Translations under genes and position numbers: made by a program
Shown here: in pieces, positions 27,150-36,874 of the stretch
Position numbering within the stretch: the first letter of the stretch is position 1
Layout of the letters: the number at the start of each line of letters is the position of its first letter
Assembly: GCF_051388935.1 (NCBI RefSeq)
Contig: NZ_JBPKBI010000009.1
Coordinates: forward strand, 121,073-180,351
DNA: 59,279 bases
Direction of reading: 5' to 3'
From: Yinghuangia sp. YIM S10712
GTDB taxonomy: Bacteria; Actinomycetota; Actinomycetes; Streptomycetales; Streptomycetaceae
The notes under the pieces: model-generated
Databases searched by the model: none
Told to the model about the DNA's origin: nothing
Seen by the model: only the letters and a program-made list of their open reading frames with translations

Positions 27150-28553
27150 TCAGTGTGCGGCGAAGTCGCGCTGTACGCCGAAGCCTTTGCCCTCCAGATC
27201 GGGCACCACGCGGGCCGCGTCGCCCTCCACGACCACGGTCAGGGCGTCCGGACGCAGATACGTCGCCGCAGCCCGGTTGGCCTCCACGGCGTTCGCGGCC
27301 ACGAAGTCGGCGTACTCGCACGTCACATGGTCGTCCGGCAGTCCGTGGACGACCGCCTCCCGCAACCGTGCGCCGATGCCCCGCGGAGTTTGCAGGCGGA
27401 TCGGCATGCTGCCCAGCACGTGCGCCCGCGTCGTCTCGAACTCCTCGTCGGTGACCCCGGATTCGTGCATGCGCCGGATCTCGTCGAGAGCGTCGGCGAC
27501 GGCGTCGGCGGTGACTTCGGTGTGCACGGACGACGCCACGGTGAAGGTGCCGACCCGGCGCCCGTGCGCGAAACCCGCACCGGCACCGTACGTGTAGCCC
27601 TTGACCTCGCGCAGGGTGTGGTTGAGCCGGGACGTGAACGACCCGCCCAACACCTCGGCGAACAGCTCGATCGCGACCAGGTCCGGCGTGGAACGCGGCG
27701 GCGCGGTGTGGCCGATGCGCAGCACCGACTGCACGGCGCCGGGCCGGTCGACCACGAACACCCGCACCTGGGAAGGGTCCTGCGGCGTCGGCGGGGCCGC
27801 CGCACGGTCGTCGGGTCCGTCGGCGCCCGCGAACACCGCCTCGCCCAGGCCCGCCAGGTCGACCGCGTCAAGATCGGCGGCGACCAACAAGGTGCCGGGG
27901 GAGGTCATACGGCGGGCGTGGAACTCCCGGATGTCGTGGGCGGTCACGGCCGCGTTGGACGCGGGGGAGCCGTCGAGGAGGCTGCCGTACCGGCTCTCCT
28001 CACCGAACAACAGTCGGCGATAAGCCTCTTGGGCCCGCGTGCCGGGCTGCGCCCAGGTGTGCTTGAGGGAGCTCGCGACATCGGCGAGGAAGCGTTCGAC
28101 GTCGTCGTCGGCGAACGCCGGCCGGCGCACCGCCTCGGCGAGCATGGCCACGCCGCGTTCGAGCCCGGCCAGGGGAACGTCGATGCCGACGCCCTGCGTC
28201 TCCCAGTCGTGTGTCCATGTCCAGCGCGCGCCGAGGCCTTCGACGGCGAGCGCAAACTCGTCCGCGGTGTAGTTCGCGGTGCCCTCGTCGAGCAGGCCGC
28301 CGGTGACGCGGGCGAGCCCTTCGCGTCCGGCCGGTTCGTGCAGCGCGCCCGCCTCCAGGACCAGACCGGCCCACGCCAGCGCGCGGCCGGGCAGGTGCGC
28401 GGCGACGACCTCGCCGCCGGCGACGTGCAGGCGGCGTACCTCGGGAAAGACGTACGGGCGCGGAGGCGACGCCGGCGGGCGTTCCGCGACGAGGAGTCCG
28501 CCGTCGGGGCGGGCGTCGGCCGGTTCTGTGTGGTCCGGATGTCCGAGGGTCAC
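27150..28553 (-). CDS. M16-family peptidase, probably the non-catalytic subunit of a pair
   Basis: 467 aa from a GTG start that overlaps the stop of the upstream gene (GTGA). It has the M16 fold but lacks an HxxEH motif. Confidence 0.75.
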   Translation of the reverse strand: MTLGHPDHTEPADARPDGGLLVAERPPASPPRPYVFPEVRRLHVAGGEVVAAHLPGRALAWAGLVLEAGALHEPAGREGLARVTGGLLDEGTANYTADEFALAVEGLGARWTWTHDWETQGVGIDVPLAGLERGVAMLAEAVRRPAFADDDVERFLADVASSLKHTWAQPGTRAQEAYRRLLFGEESRYGSLLDGSPASNAAVTAHDIREFHARRMTSPGTLLVAADLDAVDLAGLGEAVFAGADGPDDRAAAPPTPQDPSQVRVFVVDRPGAVQSVLRIGHTAPPRSTPDLVAIELFAEVLGGSFTSRLNHTLREVKGYTYGAGAGFAHGRRVGTFTVASSVHTEVTADAVADALDEIRRMHESGVTDEEFETTRAHVLGSMPIRLQTPRGIGARLREAVVHGLPDDHVTCEYADFVAANAVEANRAAATYLRPDALTVVVEGDAARVVPDLEGKGFGVQRDFAAH

Positions 28554-29890
28554 GCGGCGTCCTCCTGGTCGGTCGGGGCCACGGCGTCCGGGCCGGTGCC
28601 TGCGGCGTCTTCGGGCAGGTAGGTGAGCCGGATGCGGTTGTCGGACCGGAAGGTGTCGGCGGCGACGCGGCGTACGTCGTCCTCGGTCACCGCGTCGAGG
28701 AGTTCGACCCGCGTGCGGATCGCCTCGGCGTCGCCGAAGTGGGTCGCGTACTGCCCGATGGCATCGGCCCGGCCGTTGACGTTCGCCAGCTCGCGCAGCC
28801 AGTCGGCGGTCAACACGGCCCGCGCCCGGTCGAGTTCGCGCGCGGTGATACCGTCGCGCGCGACCTCGTCGCAGACCGCGGTGTACGCCGCCACGACCTC
28901 GTCGGCGCCGACCCCGTCGCGCGGTGTGCACGCCCCCATCACCATCGACGCGTAGTGCATGAGCCCCCACGCGGCCATGAAGCCGCCCTCGGCCTGGGCG
29001 AGTCGCCGCTCGGTCACCAGAGTGCGGTAGAGCCGCGAGCCCCGTCCGCGGCCGAGCGCGGTGGTGAGGATCTCGATGGCCGGGGCGTCGGCGGTGCCCC
29101 ACGCGGGGCCGCGGTGGCACAGGAACACCCGGGGCAGTGGGACCTGCTCGGTCAGGGTGACGGCGACCGCCCGGTCCGCACCGAACTGCCGGGGCAGCGG
29201 CTCCGGTTGAGGTGCGGGGAAGGAGCCGCGGGCCGGGAGGCGCCCGAAGTAGCGTTCGGCGAGGGCCACGACGTGGTCCGGTTCGACGTCTCCGACAACG
29301 GTCAACACGGCGTTGTCGGGTGCGTAGTACGTGGCGTGGAACTCGGTGAAGTCGGCGAGGGACGCGCTGTCGAGCTCGGCCATCGAGCCGATCGTCGAAT
29401 GCGCGTAGGGGTGGCCTTCGGGGTAGGCGAGGCCGACCATGACCTCGGTCCAGCGGCCGTAGGGCACGTTGTCGTACCGCTGCCGCCGCTCGTTCTTGAC
29501 GACCTCGCGCTGGTTGTCCAGCGTCTCCTGGGTGAGTGCGAGCGAGCCCATGCGGTCGGCTTCGAGCCACAGCGCGAGTTCGAGGCTTCCGGACGGCACG
29601 GTCTGGTAGTAGTTCGTGCGGTCGGGGTTGGTGGACGCGTTGATCGCGTCGCCGCCGCACGACTGGATCAGCGCGAAGTGCTCGCTCTTGGCGACGTGCG
29701 CCGAGCCCTCGAACATCAGGTGCTCGAAGAGGTGCGCGAACCCGTGCTTGCCGCGCGGCTCGTGGCGCGCGCCGACGTCGTACCACAGGTTCACCGCGGC
29801 GAGCGGGACGGACGGGTCCGGACTGACCACCACACGCAGGCCGTTGCCCAGCGTCGCCTGATGGAGGGGCCACGGGAACGCAGCGGGCAC
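28550..29890 (-). CDS. M16-family zinc peptidase (pitrilysin-like), catalytic subunit
   Basis: HxxEH zinc motif in GFAHLFEHLMFEGS, followed by the NERRQRYDNVPYG region. Confidence 0.8.
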   Translation of the reverse strand: MPAAFPWPLHQATLGNGLRVVVSPDPSVPLAAVNLWYDVGARHEPRGKHGFAHLFEHLMFEGSAHVAKSEHFALIQSCGGDAINASTNPDRTNYYQTVPSGSLELALWLEADRMGSLALTQETLDNQREVVKNERRQRYDNVPYGRWTEVMVGLAYPEGHPYAHSTIGSMAELDSASLADFTEFHATYYAPDNAVLTVVGDVEPDHVVALAERYFGRLPARGSFPAPQPEPLPRQFGADRAVAVTLTEQVPLPRVFLCHRGPAWGTADAPAIEILTTALGRGRGSRLYRTLVTERRLAQAEGGFMAAWGLMHYASMVMGACTPRDGVGADEVVAAYTAVCDEVARDGITARELDRARAVLTADWLRELANVNGRADAIGQYATHFGDAEAIRTRVELLDAVTEDDVRRVAADTFRSDNRIRLTYLPEDAAGTGPDAVAPTDQEDAA

Positions 29891-30102
29891 GGTTTGTCCT
29901 TCCCCGGTGGCGCCCGGACGCGCGGCACCGAGCCCCGTGCCGGCGGACCCACCTCGACCGTGTGACGGATCACTGACGGTCGATTATCGCAGGTCGCAGG
30001 GCCGCCGGTGCGGGGACGGAGATGTTCGGCAAACCTCGTGCGGACGTGGGCATCCGCTGAAAGGGCCGTCCGGTGAAGGAAGTCGGCGGAACCGGCGGAG
30101 TG

Positions 30103-30537
30103 TCAGGCGAACAACGCCTTGAATTTGCCGAGGGATTCGACCAGCGCTTCCTGCGTGGCCTTGGTGACCTTGCCGGCCATCATGGCGACAGCGCCGCCCT
30201 TGACCTCGGATTCGATCCGGAAGACGGTGGCGTTTCCGTCCTTCGCGGACTCGACGATGAACGACTCGACCATGCTCACGCCCATCGGGCCCTTGCCGTC
30301 GAGGTCGATGCGGACGCCTTCCTCGACGTTCTTGATCGTCCACTTGATGTCCGCCGGGAAGCCCATGAGCTTCATCTTCTCGTCGTACTCCACGCCGGCT
30401 TCGAGCTTGGCCGGGGCACCCGTCGGAAACCCGACATGGGGGGTCATCCACGTGTGGTACTCGTCGAAGTCGGTGAGTCGGGCCCACACCGCGTCGGGTT
30501 TGGCGGCGATCTCGATGTGCTCGTTGATCACGGGCAT
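30103..30537 (-). CDS. SRPBCC / polyketide-cyclase-like (Bet v1 fold) protein
   Basis: MPVINEHIEIAAKPDAVWARLTDFDEYHTWM is a typical SRPBCC N-terminus. The start is proposed at MPV, with AGAAGGA upstream. Confidence 0.7.
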   Translation of the reverse strand: MPVINEHIEIAAKPDAVWARLTDFDEYHTWMTPHVGFPTGAPAKLEAGVEYDEKMKLMGFPADIKWTIKNVEEGVRIDLDGKGPMGVSMVESFIVESAKDGNATVFRIESEVKGGAVAMMAGKVTKATQEALVESLGKFKALFA

Positions 30538-30936
30538 GCGCATGGTCCTTCTGCTCGGCACGGGCGGGCGTGCCGCCGCGTGCGGTGATCGCAGTGGCTG
30601 GTGACACGTGGTGACACGTGGGTGGCGCAGACGCAGGCGGAACGAGAACGGTGCACGAGCGCGGCCCCGAAGGGGACCGGGTGCCGCGAAGCTATCGCCG
30701 ATGCTTGTCACAGTCAATGGTGTCGGTGAGTGCGATCCAACCGGGCGTTACCGCCGTCCGGAGCGGACCCGGTCGTGCTGTGAGGACTGCTCCGTCATCG
30801 GCACCGAGCCTGATCCGACGGGGCGTGAAGACCCGGCCGCGAGGCGGCGTAGTGTGCCCGAAGGACACCGCCGTGCTCGCGGCGCGGCGTGTACGGCCGT
30901 AACGAGCGACGGGCGGCAGGCCCGGATGGGGGCGAC

Positions 30937-31797
30937 ATGACCATCGACGAACACCCGGCACGGCGCCTGTGGGCCGGGATCGAACCCCTGCACGCGATCG
31001 TCTACTTCGCGCCCGAGGTCGCCGACGCGGCGGCCGAAGTCGGGCTCAAGGGCTGGTTCATGAGCTACTTCGCGGGCCGCGCCGCCCCGCTGGGGGCCGT
31101 CGGGCCGGAGGCGGTGACCTCGATGTTCTACGGATTCGCCCCCGGAAAGGTCGCACGGGCGCTGCCGGACGCGTGGGACTTCGCCCCTCCGCGGAAGGTC
31201 CTGGAGTCCCGGCTCGCGTCGGTCGACCGCGCCCTCGAACGGGCGCTGCCACCCGACGCGGATTTGTCGCGTCTCGCCACGCTTCTCGAACACGCCGCTG
31301 CCGCATGCGACTTCGGGGCACGACCGCTTGCCGCCGCATGGTCCGGCGTACGCCTGCCGGACGACGCCCCGCCGCGCCTGCGCGTCTGGCTCGCCGCCAC
31401 CGTCCTGCGCGAACACCGTGGTGACGGCCATGTGTTGGCGTGCGTCGACCGCGGGCTCGACGGGCTCCAGGCGTCCATCACCCACGCCGCCACCGGACTT
31501 GCCCCCGGCCACCGTCTCCAGATCAGCCGCGGATGGACCGAGGAGCAGTGGGAGCGCGCCCTCGTGACGCTGATCGGACGCGGTGTGCTCGACACCGACG
31601 GCAACCTCACCGAGTCGGGGACGGCCCTGCGCATCGCCGTCGAGGAAGCCACCAACCGGCTCGCCTCCGCACCCCTGCGCGCGCTCGGCGAATACGCCGT
31701 CGAGGAGGCCGTCGCGCTGTCGGTGCCCCTCGCCCGCCACCTGATCGACACCGGCGCCATCCCGGTGCCGAACCCCATCGGCGTGACCCGCCCCTGA
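30937..31797 (+). CDS. Conserved hypothetical protein (287 aa)
   Basis: Protein-like ORF (MTIDEHPARRLWAGIEPLHAIVYFAPE...). The long antisense ORF 30748..33750 is rejected in favour of this gene and recD2. Confidence 0.55.
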   Translation: MTIDEHPARRLWAGIEPLHAIVYFAPEVADAAAEVGLKGWFMSYFAGRAAPLGAVGPEAVTSMFYGFAPGKVARALPDAWDFAPPRKVLESRLASVDRALERALPPDADLSRLATLLEHAAAACDFGARPLAAAWSGVRLPDDAPPRLRVWLAATVLREHRGDGHVLACVDRGLDGLQASITHAATGLAPGHRLQISRGWTEEQWERALVTLIGRGVLDTDGNLTESGTALRIAVEEATNRLASAPLRALGEYAVEEAVALSVPLARHLIDTGAIPVPNPIGVTRP

Positions 31798-31977
31798 GTC
31801 CCTGCGGGACGGCCCACGGAAGGGCGGAGTACGGCCGCAGCCGCGCCAGGGCACTCGGCGCGGCTCTGCTTCCCCGACCGACCCACCGACTCCGACCGAC
31901 CCCGACCGTGTGCCACCGACCCCACCGACTCCGGCCGACCACGGCCGCGTGTCCGGCGGACCGGCTAGCCTCCCCGC

Positions 31978-34269
31978 ATGAACGCCGGTACGCGATCGAC
32001 AGCAGCGATGCCGCCCGCGGGGACGGAGCGGCCCGCCGGTGCCCAGGCGTCGCCCGCGCGCCTGGAGGCGGTGCTGGAGCGGATCACGTACCAGAACGAC
32101 GAGAACGGCTGGACCGTCGCGCGGGTGGACACCGGCCGGGGCAGCGGCCTCGGCGACCTGCTCACCGTCGTCGGGCCCCTCCTGGGCGCACAGCCCGGCG
32201 AGTCGCTGCGGCTGTGGGGCCGTTGGGGAAGTCACCCGCAGTACGGCCGCCAGTTCCTCGTCGACGCGTACGAGACCGTCCTGCCCGCGACGGTCCAGGG
32301 CATCCGGCGCTACCTGGGGTCCGGCCTCATCAAGGGCATCGGGCCGAAGATCGCCGACCGCATCGTGGAGCACTTCGGCGTCGCGTCGCTCGACGTCATC
32401 GAGGAGGACGTGCAGCGCCTCATCGAGGTGCCGGGCCTGGGGCCGAAGCGCCGCGACCTGATCGCGGCGGCGTGGGTCGAACAAAAGGCCATCAAGGAGG
32501 TCATGGTCTTCCTCCAGGGCATCGGGATCTCGACCTCGCCCGCGGTGCGCATCTGGAAGGAGTACGCCGACCGCTCGATCGAGGTGGTGCGCACCGAGCC
32601 CTACCGCCTCGCCGCCGACGTGTGGGGCATCGGCTTCAAGACGGCGGACGCCATCGCGCAAGCGGTCGGAATACCGCACGACTCCCCGCAGCGCGTCAAA
32701 GCCGGCCTCCAGTTCACGCTTTCGGAGGGCGCCGACAACGGCAACTGCTACCTGCCGCAGGACCAACTCGTCGACGACGCGGTGAAGATACTGGACGTCC
32801 CCGCCGATCTGGTCCGCACGTGCCTGGACGAACTCGTCGCGGAGGAAGGCGTGGTCCGCGAGGAGATGCCCGGTCCGATCTCGCCGTCCGGCTCGCAGGG
32901 CGACCCCGTCCAGGCGGTCTACCTCGTGCCGTTCCATCGGGCGGAAATCTCCCTCGCGGCACGCCTGCGCGCGCTGTTGGCGGCGCCCGACGACCGCCTG
33001 GCCGGGTTCGCGACCGTGGACTGGGCCAAGGCGCTCGCGTGGCTGCGCGGGCGCACCGGAACGGACCTCGCGCCCGAGCAGGAAGCCGCGGTCAGGCTGG
33101 CGTTGACCGAGAAGGTCGCGGTGCTCACCGGCGGGCCCGGCTGCGGCAAGAGCTTCACCGTGCGGTCGGTCGTCGAACTCGCCCGCGCGCGCAAGGCCAA
33201 GGTCGTCCTCGCGGCCCCCACCGGGCGCGCGGCCAAGCGCCTGGCGGAACTCACCGGCGCCGAGGCCGCGACCGTGCACCGCCTGCTCGAACTGCGGCCC
33301 GGCGGCGACGCGGCGTACGACCAGGACCGGCCCCTGGACGCGGACCTGGTCGTCGTCGACGAGGCGTCCATGCTCGACCTGTTGCTCGCGAACCGCCTCG
33401 TCAAGGCCGTACCCCCGGGCGCGCACCTGCTGTTTGTCGGCGACGTCGACCAACTCCCCAGCGTGGGCGCCGGCGAGGTGCTGCGCGACATGCTGGCCGC
33501 CGACCCCCTGCCCCGGGTGCGGCTGACCAAGATCTTCCGCCAGGCCCAGCAGTCGGGCGTGGTCACCAACGCGCACCGCATCAACGCCGGCCGTCCGCCG
33601 GTCACCGACGGCCTCGCCGACTTCTTCCTGTTCCCCGTGGAAGAAGCCGAGGAAGCCGCCGCGCTCACCGTCGACGTCGTCGCGCAGCGGATCCCCCGCC
33701 GATTCGGACTCGACCCGCGCCGCGACGTCCAGGTCCTCGCGCCGATGCACCGCGGCCCGGCGGGTGCGGGCGCGCTCAACCAGCTTCTACAGGACGCGCT
33801 GACCCCCAGCCGCCCCGGGCTTGCCGAAAAGCGTTTCGGGGGACGCGCGTTCCGGGTCGGCGACAAGGTCACGCAGATCCGCAACAACTACGACAAGGGC
33901 GAGTCCGGTGTGTTCAACGGCACCGGCGGGGTCGTCACCGCGATCAATCTCGACGACCAGAAGCTGATGGTGCGGACCGAGGAAGACGAGGAAGTCCCGT
34001 ACGACTTCACCGAACTCGACGAGCTGTCGCACGCCTACGCCGTCACGATCCACCGCTCGCAGGGCAGCGAGTACCCGGCCGTGGTCGTCCCCCTCACCAC
34101 GAGCGCGTGGATGATGCTCCAGCGCAACCTGCTCTACACCGCCGTCACGCGCGCCAAGAAGCTCGTGGTGCTGGTCGGTTCACGCCGTGCGCTGGGCCAG
34201 GCCGTACGCACGGTCTCGGCGGGCAGGCGCTGGACCGGCCTCGACCACCGCCTCGGCCGCACCCGCTGA
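31978..34269 (+). CDS. recD2: ATP-dependent RecD-like DNA helicase (RecD2, SF1)
   Basis: Walker A LTGGPGCGKS, VVVDEASM and FVGDVDQLPSVGAGEVL are present, with a helix-hairpin-helix N-terminal region (LIKGIGPKIADRIV), a C-terminal SH3-like domain and about 760 aa. The first in-frame start is used. Confidence 0.85.
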   Translation: MNAGTRSTAAMPPAGTERPAGAQASPARLEAVLERITYQNDENGWTVARVDTGRGSGLGDLLTVVGPLLGAQPGESLRLWGRWGSHPQYGRQFLVDAYETVLPATVQGIRRYLGSGLIKGIGPKIADRIVEHFGVASLDVIEEDVQRLIEVPGLGPKRRDLIAAAWVEQKAIKEVMVFLQGIGISTSPAVRIWKEYADRSIEVVRTEPYRLAADVWGIGFKTADAIAQAVGIPHDSPQRVKAGLQFTLSEGADNGNCYLPQDQLVDDAVKILDVPADLVRTCLDELVAEEGVVREEMPGPISPSGSQGDPVQAVYLVPFHRAEISLAARLRALLAAPDDRLAGFATVDWAKALAWLRGRTGTDLAPEQEAAVRLALTEKVAVLTGGPGCGKSFTVRSVVELARARKAKVVLAAPTGRAAKRLAELTGAEAATVHRLLELRPGGDAAYDQDRPLDADLVVVDEASMLDLLLANRLVKAVPPGAHLLFVGDVDQLPSVGAGEVLRDMLAADPLPRVRLTKIFRQAQQSGVVTNAHRINAGRPPVTDGLADFFLFPVEEAEEAAALTVDVVAQRIPRRFGLDPRRDVQVLAPMHRGPAGAGALNQLLQDALTPSRPGLAEKRFGGRAFRVGDKVTQIRNNYDKGESGVFNGTGGVVTAINLDDQKLMVRTEEDEEVPYDFTELDELSHAYAVTIHRSQGSEYPAVVVPLTTSAWMMLQRNLLYTAVTRAKKLVVLVGSRRALGQAVRTVSAGRRWTGLDHRLGRTR

Positions 34270-34277
34270 CCGCGCGG

Positions 34278-35105
34278 CTACTTGACCTCCCGGCGGAGCA
34301 GGCACCAGGCGCCGCCCGCGAACGGAAGCACGGTGAACAACGCCGTCGACGTGGCCATATGCGCCCACTCCGACGCGCTGACGTCGCCCACCTCGCTCAA
34401 CGGCGTCAACGCCCGGCCCGGATCGATCCACGTCATCGTGCCGTCGAGCGCGGAGACCGTGCCGCCGAGGATGCCGAGGACGATCGGCACCGCGTAGAAG
34501 GCCAGGATCGACAGCAGCGGACTGCCCAGCAGCATCCCGAAGGCGACACCGGCGAACACCGCGATCACGCAGTCCAGAACCCGGGTCGCGACGAGGTCGA
34601 GGGGGATCGCCCAGCCGCCGTCGGCATTGCCGGTGGCGATGCCCAGCGCGTGGCCGCCCACGGTCACGACCGCGCTCAGGGCGACCCCGCACACCGCCAG
34701 GATCAGTCCCGCCTGCACCTTCGCCCGGATGATGCGCCCGCGCGCGGGGACGAGCGCGAACGTGATCAGCCCGTCGCGCTGCGACCACTCGGCGGTGACG
34801 GCCACGATCGCGACGACCGGCAGCAGGAGCGACAGCCCTGTCTGGGAGGCGAGGAACAGCTCCGCCGTGGTGCGGTCGCCCGGGTCGGCCGCGAAGACGA
34901 CGAGGCACGTCATGCCGACCATGGTGAGACCGATGACGGCGAGCACCCAGCGTCCCGAACGGGTGTCGGTCATTTTGCGCATCTCGACCAGCGTCAGCAG
35001 CCACGACGACGGCGCGGCCGATGCACAGCACAGCGCCGCCTCGGCCGACGCGGTGTCCGTACGTCTGCCGCCCGCACGCGTCCCGGTGCGCGTTCCCGTG
35101 CTCAT
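34278..35105 (-). CDS. ABC-2 type transporter permease
   Basis: Multi-transmembrane hydrophobic profile. The start overlaps the stop of the upstream ATPase gene (ATGA). Confidence 0.7.
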   Translation of the reverse strand: MSTGTRTGTRAGGRRTDTASAEAALCCASAAPSSWLLTLVEMRKMTDTRSGRWVLAVIGLTMVGMTCLVVFAADPGDRTTAELFLASQTGLSLLLPVVAIVAVTAEWSQRDGLITFALVPARGRIIRAKVQAGLILAVCGVALSAVVTVGGHALGIATGNADGGWAIPLDLVATRVLDCVIAVFAGVAFGMLLGSPLLSILAFYAVPIVLGILGGTVSALDGTMTWIDPGRALTPLSEVGDVSASEWAHMATSTALFTVLPFAGGAWCLLRREVK

Positions 35106-36028
35106 CGCGCCGCCTTCTTCTCGGTCTCCGAGCCGTCGGCCGGGTCGCCGCCCGAGCCGGTCAGGCTCAGGAACAGCTCCTCAAGCCCCAAATCGTCCGC
35201 GCCGCGCAACTCCACGAGGGCGACGCCGCCGCGTGCCGCCGCCCGCCCGACCTCCGCCGGGCCCGCGTCGACCACGAGCCCGCCGTCCGCATTCGTCTGA
35301 CGTACCGTCAAGCCGGCCTCGGCGAGCGCCCGGTGCAACGCCGTACGGTCCTCGGCGCGGACCAATGCACCCGAACGCCCGCGCAGAAGCTCGTCCTTGA
35401 CTCCCTGCGCGACCACCCGGCCGTGTGCGATCATCACGAACCGGTCGGCTACGGCTTCCACTTCGAGCAGCAGGTGGGACGACAGCAGCACCGTCCCTCC
35501 GCGGTCGGCGAAGTCGCGCAGCAACCCGCGCATGCGGTGGATCCCCTCCGGATCCAGGCCGCTTGAGGGCTCGTCAAGAATCAGCACGCTCGGCTCGCCC
35601 AGCAACGCCTGGGCGATGCCGAGCCGTTGCCGCATCCCGAACGAATACCCGCCGACCCGGCGGTGCGCGGCCGATGCAAGGCCGACATCGTCCAATACCT
35701 CGCGCACGCGCGAGCGTTCGACGCCCAGCACCATCGCGGCGAGGGTCAGGGTCTCGCGTCCGCTCCGTCCCGGATGCCGGGCTGCGGCGTCGAGCAGCAC
35801 ACCGACGTGCCGCCCCGGATTGGGCAGCGTTCGATACGGCACACCCAGCACGCCCGACCGACCCGAACTGGGCTCGGTCAGGCCGCAGATCATCCGCATG
35901 GTCGTCGACTTGCCGGCGCCGTTCGGCCCCAGGAAGCCGGTGACCGTGCCCGGCTCGCAGGTGAAGGAGACATCGTCGACGGCACGGTGGTCCCCGTACC
36001 GTTTGCTGAGGTTTTCGACGGTGATCAT
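35102..36028 (-). CDS. ABC transporter ATP-binding protein
   Basis: Walker A GPNGAGKST, signature LSGGMRQR-like (YSFGMRQRLGIA) and Walker B LILDEPSSGLD. Confidence 0.85.
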   Translation of the reverse strand: MITVENLSKRYGDHRAVDDVSFTCEPGTVTGFLGPNGAGKSTTMRMICGLTEPSSGRSGVLGVPYRTLPNPGRHVGVLLDAAARHPGRSGRETLTLAAMVLGVERSRVREVLDDVGLASAAHRRVGGYSFGMRQRLGIAQALLGEPSVLILDEPSSGLDPEGIHRMRGLLRDFADRGGTVLLSSHLLLEVEAVADRFVMIAHGRVVAQGVKDELLRGRSGALVRAEDRTALHRALAEAGLTVRQTNADGGLVVDAGPAEVGRAAARGGVALVELRGADDLGLEELFLSLTGSGGDPADGSETEKKAAR

Positions 36029-36097
36029 GCCGTCGAGCGTGCCGTCGCCGGCCTCGGCCGTGCATCGGCCGGACGTCGATGCCCGGCCGACCAAGGG

Positions 36098-36874
36098 CTA
36101 CCGTCCGGGGCCGGAGGTCGGTCCGCTGTCCTGAGCGTCGTGCACGAGCAACGCGATCTGCACCCGGTTGTTGAGGTCCAGCTTCGTCAGCAGGCGTGAG
36201 ACGTACGCCTTCACCGTCGCGACGCTCAGCGACAACTCGCGGCCGATCTCGGCGTTCGTCGACCCGCGCCCCACCAACGCGGCGACCTCGCGCTCGCCGG
36301 GGCTGAGCCGGGCGAGCAGCGCCCGGGCCCGCTCCTGCCGCGGATCGGCGCCGGTGACCGCGACGAGCTGCATCATGCGGCGCAGTACCGACGGCGACAT
36401 CATCGGCTCACCGGCCGCCACCAGGCGGATCGCCCGGGCGATGTCCGCAGGCGGCGTGTGTTTCAGCAGGAACCCGCCCGCTCCGGCGCGCAGCGCTCGC
36501 AGCACGTGGTCGTCGGTGTCGAACGTCGTCATGACGATGACCTGCGGGGCGTCCGGGCGGGAACGCAGCCGGGCGGTCGCGGCGAGCCCGTCCATGGTCG
36601 GCATGCGGATGTCCATGAGCACGACGTCCGGCCGGTGTTCGCGTACCGCCGCGTCGACCTCGGAACCGTCCGCGGCCTCCCCGACCACGGCGATGTCGTC
36701 GGGCCCGGACAGCATCATCGACAGCCCGGCGCGTACGAGAGCGTCGTCGTCGACCAGCAACACCCTTACGGTGTCGGGGGAATCGGGCCGCCGGTCGCGT
36801 GGCTCGGCGTGCGGCGGCCGGTCGTGGCGCGGTTCGTCGGAACCGGGGTGCGCTGGATTGGTCACGGACTCCAC
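36098..36874 (-). CDS. Two-component response regulator, NarL/LuxR family
   Basis: Receiver VRVLLVDDDALVRAGL...VLMDIRMPTMDG and a LuxR HTH EREVAALVGRGSTNAEIGRELSLSVATVKAYVSRLLTKL. Confidence 0.85.
   Translation of the reverse strand: MESVTNPAHPGSDEPRHDRPPHAEPRDRRPDSPDTVRVLLVDDDALVRAGLSMMLSGPDDIAVVGEAADGSEVDAAVREHRPDVVLMDIRMPTMDGLAATARLRSRPDAPQVIVMTTFDTDDHVLRALRAGAGGFLLKHTPPADIARAIRLVAAGEPMMSPSVLRRMMQLVAVTGADPRQERARALLARLSPGEREVAALVGRGSTNAEIGRELSLSVATVKAYVSRLLTKLDLNNRVQIALLVHDAQDSGPTSGPGR

Noticed and set aside
26466-28622. 718-aa ORF on the plus strand
   Set aside because: It overlaps the hypothetical gene at 26443 in another frame and is antisense to the M16 peptidase genes. It has junk composition.
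30748-33750. 1000-aa ORF on the minus strand
   Set aside because: It is antisense to two well-supported plus-strand genes (the hypothetical at 30937 and recD2). Its Asp/Glu/Gly/Arg/Val-rich composition is typical of shadow ORFs in high-GC DNA.
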